DNA of 63,838 nt, counting the filler, from Parasitella parasitica NRRL 2501 (taxonomy: Eukaryota; Fungi; Mucoromycota), in NCBI GenBank assembly GCA_025201805.1. It is 8 parts of 8 records of this genome, joined end to end, with 100 filler letters (N's around TTAATTAATTAA, not from the genome) between each part and the next. Parts side by side here need not be neighbours in the genome. Positions count along the whole stretch, not along the records: positions 55,193 to 60,230 come from MU619526.1; positions 60,331 to 62,581 come from MU619481.1; positions 62,682 to 63,838 come from MU619306.1; 5 more parts are not named here. One strand, given 5' to 3'. Below are positions 57,821 to 63,838 of this stretch, piece after piece. Each line of letters begins with the position of its first letter. The stretch's first letter is position 1. The notes under the pieces were generated by a model, which was given only the letters and a program-made list of their open reading frames with translations, ran no database searches and was not told where the DNA came from. A program made the translations under genes and the position numbers.

Positions 57821-60165
57821 TTTTTTTTTTTTTGTGTATTAAAGTGTACCTTTATTAACTAAATGCAACTAATAGCTATGGAAAAAATGTACTAACACTA
57901 CTTATTTAAGGTCGCTTTACGAGTGGAAATAGCTTTGCCCGTAGTGCCCTTGCTATTGCTTTTGTTACCTTTATTGCTTGTAACAGAGGTGTTGATTTTC
58001 GCCTATTAATTGAAGGTTGAATCTCATCTCAATTCCAATATTGACACCGACATTCAAATGGAATTGTATAAAGACTTTTAGAAACCAGGACCAGAGCAAT
58101 CCGGGCTTCCTTTTCAATCTTTAATAAAGACCCTACGTTCTCCGTGATATAATCGCTTGTAGTCTCTTTATTTAATTGTCTTTGGAAATAATCGTTATTC
58201 ATATAACTCTCAAGAGGTACTTCCATAAAGCTTGGGTTGGGATTCAGCTTGCTTTTTCTTGGCTGTACCTGACGTAAAGCTGCGTCAGTCGACAGTTCTG
58301 CAGGCATGTCCAACTTCATATTCATAGCCACTGTATCTGAAGCATACTTGGAATACGCAGAGCTTCTATCTGCGGATGCTTTCTGATCACCTGCCAAAAC
58401 CACCTTGTCATTATCATCTACATCTTCGTGCATGTTGTCAACCAAAGATTTATCATCATTTTCAGCTTCAATAGCTATAGATTCAGCATTATCCAATTCT
58501 TCTTCATCTTCAAAATCTTCTGACTCCTCATTGTCAACACATTCTTCTTCACTATCCCTGAATTTTTCCTTGTCTACAAAACCGGATAAAGTAGCAGGCG
58601 AATTGACAGAGGCTGCAAAGTTGGCTTGCTGTTTTTGCTTATCAAACTCGGAACAAAACCGGATCATATGGCCTGGCTTATGGCACCCAAAGCACATACG
58701 TTTGGCCAACTCTGGACATTTAGCACGAATATGACCACTATGACGACAGAAATGACAAACAGGAGGAGCACCCTTGAATGTCGCTGCCACAAAGCAATCA
58801 AGTTCGCAGAGATAGAGCATTCTATCTAGAGGATTTGCTGGCCTGTGCTCACCCTCCACTAGCGTACCAATAGAATTGTCAATTAGAGCCGAGAAATTGC
58901 CCTCGAAAAAACCACCACGAGTGTACTGCCTCAGCTGGAGAACTCTATCATAATACGAGAGGGATGCAATCAAGTCATCTAGAAGAAGCGGGTCTGTGAC
59001 AATTCGCACTAAAGTGAACTGCACAAGCTTCATCTTGCTGTAATCTTTGGGCTCCTGAGGGAGTACGGCCTTGTAAACGATCCCATCAACAGTGACACCA
59101 GTCTGTATAGCCTTTTTCGCATTGTCTGCCTCCTCAAGTTTGGCTTCAATAAATAAGGAACCATCATCCTTGGAGTCATAAATGTTGAGAGGACGAAATT
59201 CAACCAAGGGAGAAACCTGAGCCTGGATTGCCTTGTAGGCATCGACGCGATCACCAAATAAACCTTTTCGAAATGTAAACAGAACAGAGCCAGGAGTAAG
59301 CGACTGTTGCAAAATTACCATTGCTTTAGTAGCTAGGATTCCTCCAGTAAAATCCTCATCTTCATAAATTACTGATCCTACTAATTGATAAGACGACGCT
59401 GTAGCCGTGGCTGAACGTCTTTTGTTGTGTTCGTAGTGTCGAATACCAGCACCACGAGCAGCTAGTTTTGCCCAAGTGCTGCCAGCCCAAGTTGCTTCAG
59501 GAATAGTAGGCATTATACGTTGTTAAGCTGTTATCGTAAAACAGTGGCGTAGTGTATGTAGCACGTATCGAGTGTTACTATTGCTATTTGTTCGAAAATT
59601 CAGAATATGTCGAAACGAAGGTTAATCGTTCTGAAATTTAGATATGTTGTAAAGCTGAGATGGATGTATTTAAAAGTAGTTGGTTGCGAGATGGATGTAT
59701 ACTGGTTGTCGAGATATCGTGCTTCAAAGTTGAACTTTTTAAAAAAAGTGATGTATACGCGTATAGTATGATAGTCTGCATGACACAAGGCTATCTTACT
59801 ATCCATGACAGGCGGGAAAACCAGAGAGACAGGACCAAGGTCTTTGTTCACATCCAAATATACACGACGGACTTTTTTAGGTTACGCCACATGACGAGTA
59901 ACGCCCTCGACAATGCCAAGATCAGGCTGCCAAAAGCAAATGCCAGACACCAAGTAGCGAGAATCCAAAGTAGCAGGATCAGCTATCGAAAAAACTGACG
60001 ACACAGTACTGAGTACATAACACAATGGAAAATCAAGAAACCACCTAGCCGACCGACTAGAGGAAGGAACAAGAGACCATTATAGCCCACGTTTCTGTAT
60101 GAGTGATTATCGTGGAGTGTAACTTCTGTAGTGTGTGTAGTTGTGTTGTCGAGAAACCTGCAAAA
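57821..60165 (-). mobile_element. L1/Tx1-type ORF1-only element with its own poly(A) tail
   Basis: ORF 58029-59513 with CHFCRHSGHIRAKC and CFGCHKPGHMIRFC knuckles. AATAAAGGTACACTTTAATACAC(A)13 follows within ~200 bp, with no ORF2. The 5' boundary is approximate. Confidence 0.72.
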
Positions 60166-60166
60166 A

Positions 60167-60230
<64 letters not shown>

Positions 60231-60330
60231 NNNNNNNNNNNNNNNNNNNNNNNNNNNNNNNNNNNNNNNNNNNNTTAATTAATTAANNNNNNNNNNNNNN
60301 NNNNNNNNNNNNNNNNNNNNNNNNNNNNNN

Positions 60331-60469
60331 AGTGCAAGCCTCTACCAACACTTGTTAATGTTTACTTGTGCTTTTCATGTATTTCTTTCTTGGATGGATC
60401 AGCCATGATCCATCTGGATTTTATTTTAATGTAATTGTGGTGCTATATAATAGGTGCCATTTCATTACA
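60331..60469 (-). repeat. LTR end (family A), partial
   Basis: Near-identical to 62720-62859 and terminates ...CATTACA (TGTAATG on the minus strand). Confidence 0.7.
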
Positions 60470-62681
60470 ATTTTTATCATACACCTGCAAAAAAATGGAA
60501 TCTAATAGATGCCATTTTCTATTATGATTCATGCTTATCTTTTGGCTCTTTTTTTGAACTTTTAACATACAGAAAAAAAGATATAGTCACTGTTGGCCAA
60601 ACACAAACATCAATGAGGAAGCATCATCAGACAGCACCTCTCAATGATATCAATGTAGTAAATTTATTTTTGGCTTGATAAAGTTCTTCTCTTACTATAG
60701 TTTATTTTTCAATTAAAAACTCCTGAATCTAAGTTTTTATAAACATTATGTTGAACGACAATCTTGTTGTGCCAGGTCTTGAAAATGAGCACAGCAGGTG
60801 ATTGTATGTGATATAAAAATATAAGAATGTAATAAAGACTTAGTTTACCAGATACAAAACTATTGATTTATTGATTGACAAGAAGCTGTCTATTTATATT
60901 AGAATAAACCTATCTAAATCAATCTATAAAATACAATCAGGTCATGTTTGACATTTAATTGTCAAACAAGATTATAACACAGTAGTAGTCAGAGCAAGAC
61001 CTATTTCTATATTTAATCAGCTAATCGCGATGAATGTGGATCATTCATCGATAAGTTGAGCTTCGCAATTTAGAATAAGTAGAACCCAAATAGATGGTTT
61101 CTTATATACAAGACATTCTATTGAATACTTCTATTTACTAGATAGAATAATCGATGCCATTTAACTTTAGATCCGATTAGGAACGGTTGCCATGACAACT
61201 GAGTTGAAATAGTGGTAACCATGGTATTCTATGGATACAACAAATCTGACGGTGATGCTGAGGAACAAAAGTAGAAAGTGAAAATCATGAGTATACCGCA
61301 GAGACACATAATAATACCCAAAAAAAATCAAAAAGATAATGGTTCAAATGTTGCATCTGCGTCCGCGTCTACGCCTGATCCTGCCTCTGTCTCTGCTTCC
61401 AACAAGCTAACTGGTTTCATTAAGGTTTCCGATACATTTAACAACAATGGATTAGTAAATTTTTCGACTTCAAGCATTTCTGTTGTCGACAGTAGTATGG
61501 TAAGTATATAAGAGCAGAAATACAAGCGATTTTTTTGTTCAATTTTTTTTTTAGCCAGGAAAAAAACGAAAATCAGACGATGTTGACACTTCTGATTCGG
61601 TAAGGCTTTTTTATATTACAAATGATTGATGATAAGCCTAAATCTTAGTGTCTTTAGACAAACACTGAACGCGACATTCCTGTTATAGACGCTTTATTAG
61701 CAGCTTTTGCAAACAATTTAAATGACAATGTTAGTTGGCAAGTTATTCCATATCATTTCTTTTTTTCATTTGCCCTTTCAAATATATAAAGTAGTGTGAG
61801 CTACGTGCAACTGAAGGCAAGAACCAATACCGCTTCGCTACACCGTCTAGTAAAACCGAGAGTCCGCACAAGCCTAAATTACGAAAAGCCCACCTTGACG
61901 CATTGAAAAATGTATTTCACTTTGGTACTTCTTTTTCCTCCACCAATCCTTTGACTAAAAGTGAATACCAAGCATGCGAAAACGAACAAAAGTCAAACAA
62001 ATCACTCCGATCGCTAAATTTGGTTGACTGCTTGGTCTCTTTGTTGGGCGATGAGCCTTTTGATACATATAACCAAATGCTTTGTGTTATGCGCAGAGGA
62101 TATATAAATATGATCTGCTCAAAAAAATGTATAACTTTATAAAAATAAAATCAGACACAAAAACTAATGACTTTATTGATAAGAAAATGCCATCTTTTTA
62201 TACTAGACTATATCTATTGTAACACTATTTGTCATTGCAATGGAATGGTATAACTAAAAGCAAGTAACTAAAAAAAATAAGACTCAAATGTCACGCATAG
62301 TCAATTCATGCCATTCGAGTTCGCATAACATATTAAGTCATATAAATCAAATCGAATTACAAATACAATTTAAGACCTTATCAATAAATGTCGTGTGAAG
62401 GAAAACACTCCGGATCAAAGTGCTTTCCCTTACACAATAGACATTCAGAATAAGAATAATAATGACAAAGATATCAATTATGGCAGCTCGTCATTCAATG
62501 AGTTTTTCCCATCATTCTAGATAAGGATATCTCTTACAGAATAACTAAAGTATGACGATAGCCATCCTAACACGGCCAACCNNNNNNNNNNNNNNNNNNN
62601 NNNNNNNNNNNNNNNNNNNNNNNNNTTAATTAATTAANNNNNNNNNNNNNNNNNNNNNNNNNNNNNNNNNNNNNNNNNNNN

Positions 62682-62921
62682 CATGTGCCAGGGTTGTAGG
62701 AGATTGTACTTTGATCAGGAGTGCAAGTCTCTACCAACACTTGTTAATGTTTACTTGTGCTTTACATGTATTTCTTTCTTGGATGGATCAGCCATGATCC
62801 ATCTGGATTTTATTTTAATGTAATTGTGGTGCCATATAATAGGTGCCATTTCATTACAAGATGTATTATGAATAAAGGTGTAATTCTTTGGCAGATTTAT
62901 TTTATCAGACTTTTGACAACA
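62682..62921. repeat. nested LTR junction: family A end joined directly to the 3' part of a family B LTR
   Basis: 62720-62859 matches 60331-60469, and 62860-62921 matches ~56568-56633. Confidence 0.7.
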
Positions 62922-63310
62922 CTTTTTTAAATCTATCGCCTTAAAATTTTTACACTTTACATTTTAAACAAATCAATAACAATGTCTTCAAACATCAACA
63001 ATAACGAAATTAACAGCAAGACCACTTATGCTGAAATGGCAAGTCGTCCTGCGGGATCTCTTCAGAGTTCCAACTCTACGGGATTGTGATGGAGTACAAT
63101 TATCTACTAGTAGTAAGGGTAGAACGATGTACTATGTTAATGGACTATTGGTGTATCTAATTGTTGACATTTCTATCAGGGTTATTACTTACTATATAAT
63201 ATATGTAGATATTATTGGTCAAGAAGTAATTGACAGCAATGCGGCGATGTTTATATGAACTATAAACTTATATGTAAACAACGATCGGTAGTGACAGATC
63301 AGGTTTGCAA

Positions 63311-63838
63311 TGATAAGGATGATTTATAGATAATAGATTTGCTAGTACATGAGAAATATTTATGGTAATAAACTATAGTAAATATTACAGATATTTTCAC
63401 TAGCGTTCCATTATCTGGTAAAGGTTGAACCCATTTATAACAATTGGATGTTTCATGTAAAATGAGACATCATGTAATGTGAATCATTACATTACTCCCT
63501 CCTTAAGCGCGAGTACGGTTTGTTGGGGAAATTATTGTGGAATTCTTGAATGGCGAGTGTAGCGTTCTGCAAATTTTTCTCCGGTTCCCATGTGTCTTCT
63601 GAAGGATCTTCATATCCTTTCCACTTAACCTTATATTGTAGCTTGTTCCTATGAATTCTACTATCTAGTACTTTATCAACTTCATATTCTTCACTGCTAT
63701 TCACAATCATTAGAGGTGGCGGCTCTACCATTCTGTTATCGATGTCTTTTAAGCCTTTGACTGTTCTAGGCGTCAATTTGCAAATGTGAAAGGTGGGGTG
63801 GATTTTCATTGATGCCGGCAGTTCGAGCTTGTAAACAT
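63311..63838 (-). mobile_element. Ty3/gypsy chromovirus 3' end (integrase tail, chromodomain, PPT, ~180-bp LTR)
   Basis: [16 protein letters not shown]...[11 protein letters not shown]...YKVKWKGY...DTWEP. PPT AAGGAGGGAG-TAA abuts TGTAATG (63491). Probable LTR end ...CTTATCA at 63311. Confidence 0.88.

Noticed and set aside
60980-62580. Short ORFs and intron-like signals
   Set aside because: No recognisable protein; likely decayed repeat-family sequence.

Overview
Eukaryotic, intron-rich, AT-rich fungal DNA whose gene and transposon style is most consistent with Mucorales (inference; species not identifiable). Bases ~1-39.4 kb are a gene-dense block: Rab5, GCP2/Spc97, an EamA/SLC35F transporter, a GDA1/CD39 apyrase, BRX1, acyl-CoA oxidase, an OPT transporter, ATM1, a paladin-like triple PTP-phytase and a bacterial-type GltP/DAACS symporter. 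This block is interrupted by a ~5.1-kb foldback-type Tc1 (DD34E) structure whose two ~1.8-kb inverted arms enclose an Rpn/PD-(D/E)XK-like nuclease gene. From ~39.8 kb to the end there are no recognisable host protein genes, only LINEs, Ty3/gypsy chromoviruses, LTR pieces, a Tc1 end and one tRNA-Asp. The standout is an apparent tRNA-targeted non-LTR retrotransposon system. An autonomous-type APE-RT LINE and several ORF1-only partners sit antisense to tRNA 5' ends and are delimited by 14-15-bp copies of those ends. For tRNA-Asp this is seen directly (CTCTTCGGTAGTATA at 49407 and 51362); for a tRNA-Ala-type end it is inferred (CTGAGCTACATCCC at 42401 and 44339). The tRNA gene stays intact and the elements stack in tandem. 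N-gaps padded with TTAATTAATTAA are assembly spacers, so adjacency across them is unverified.
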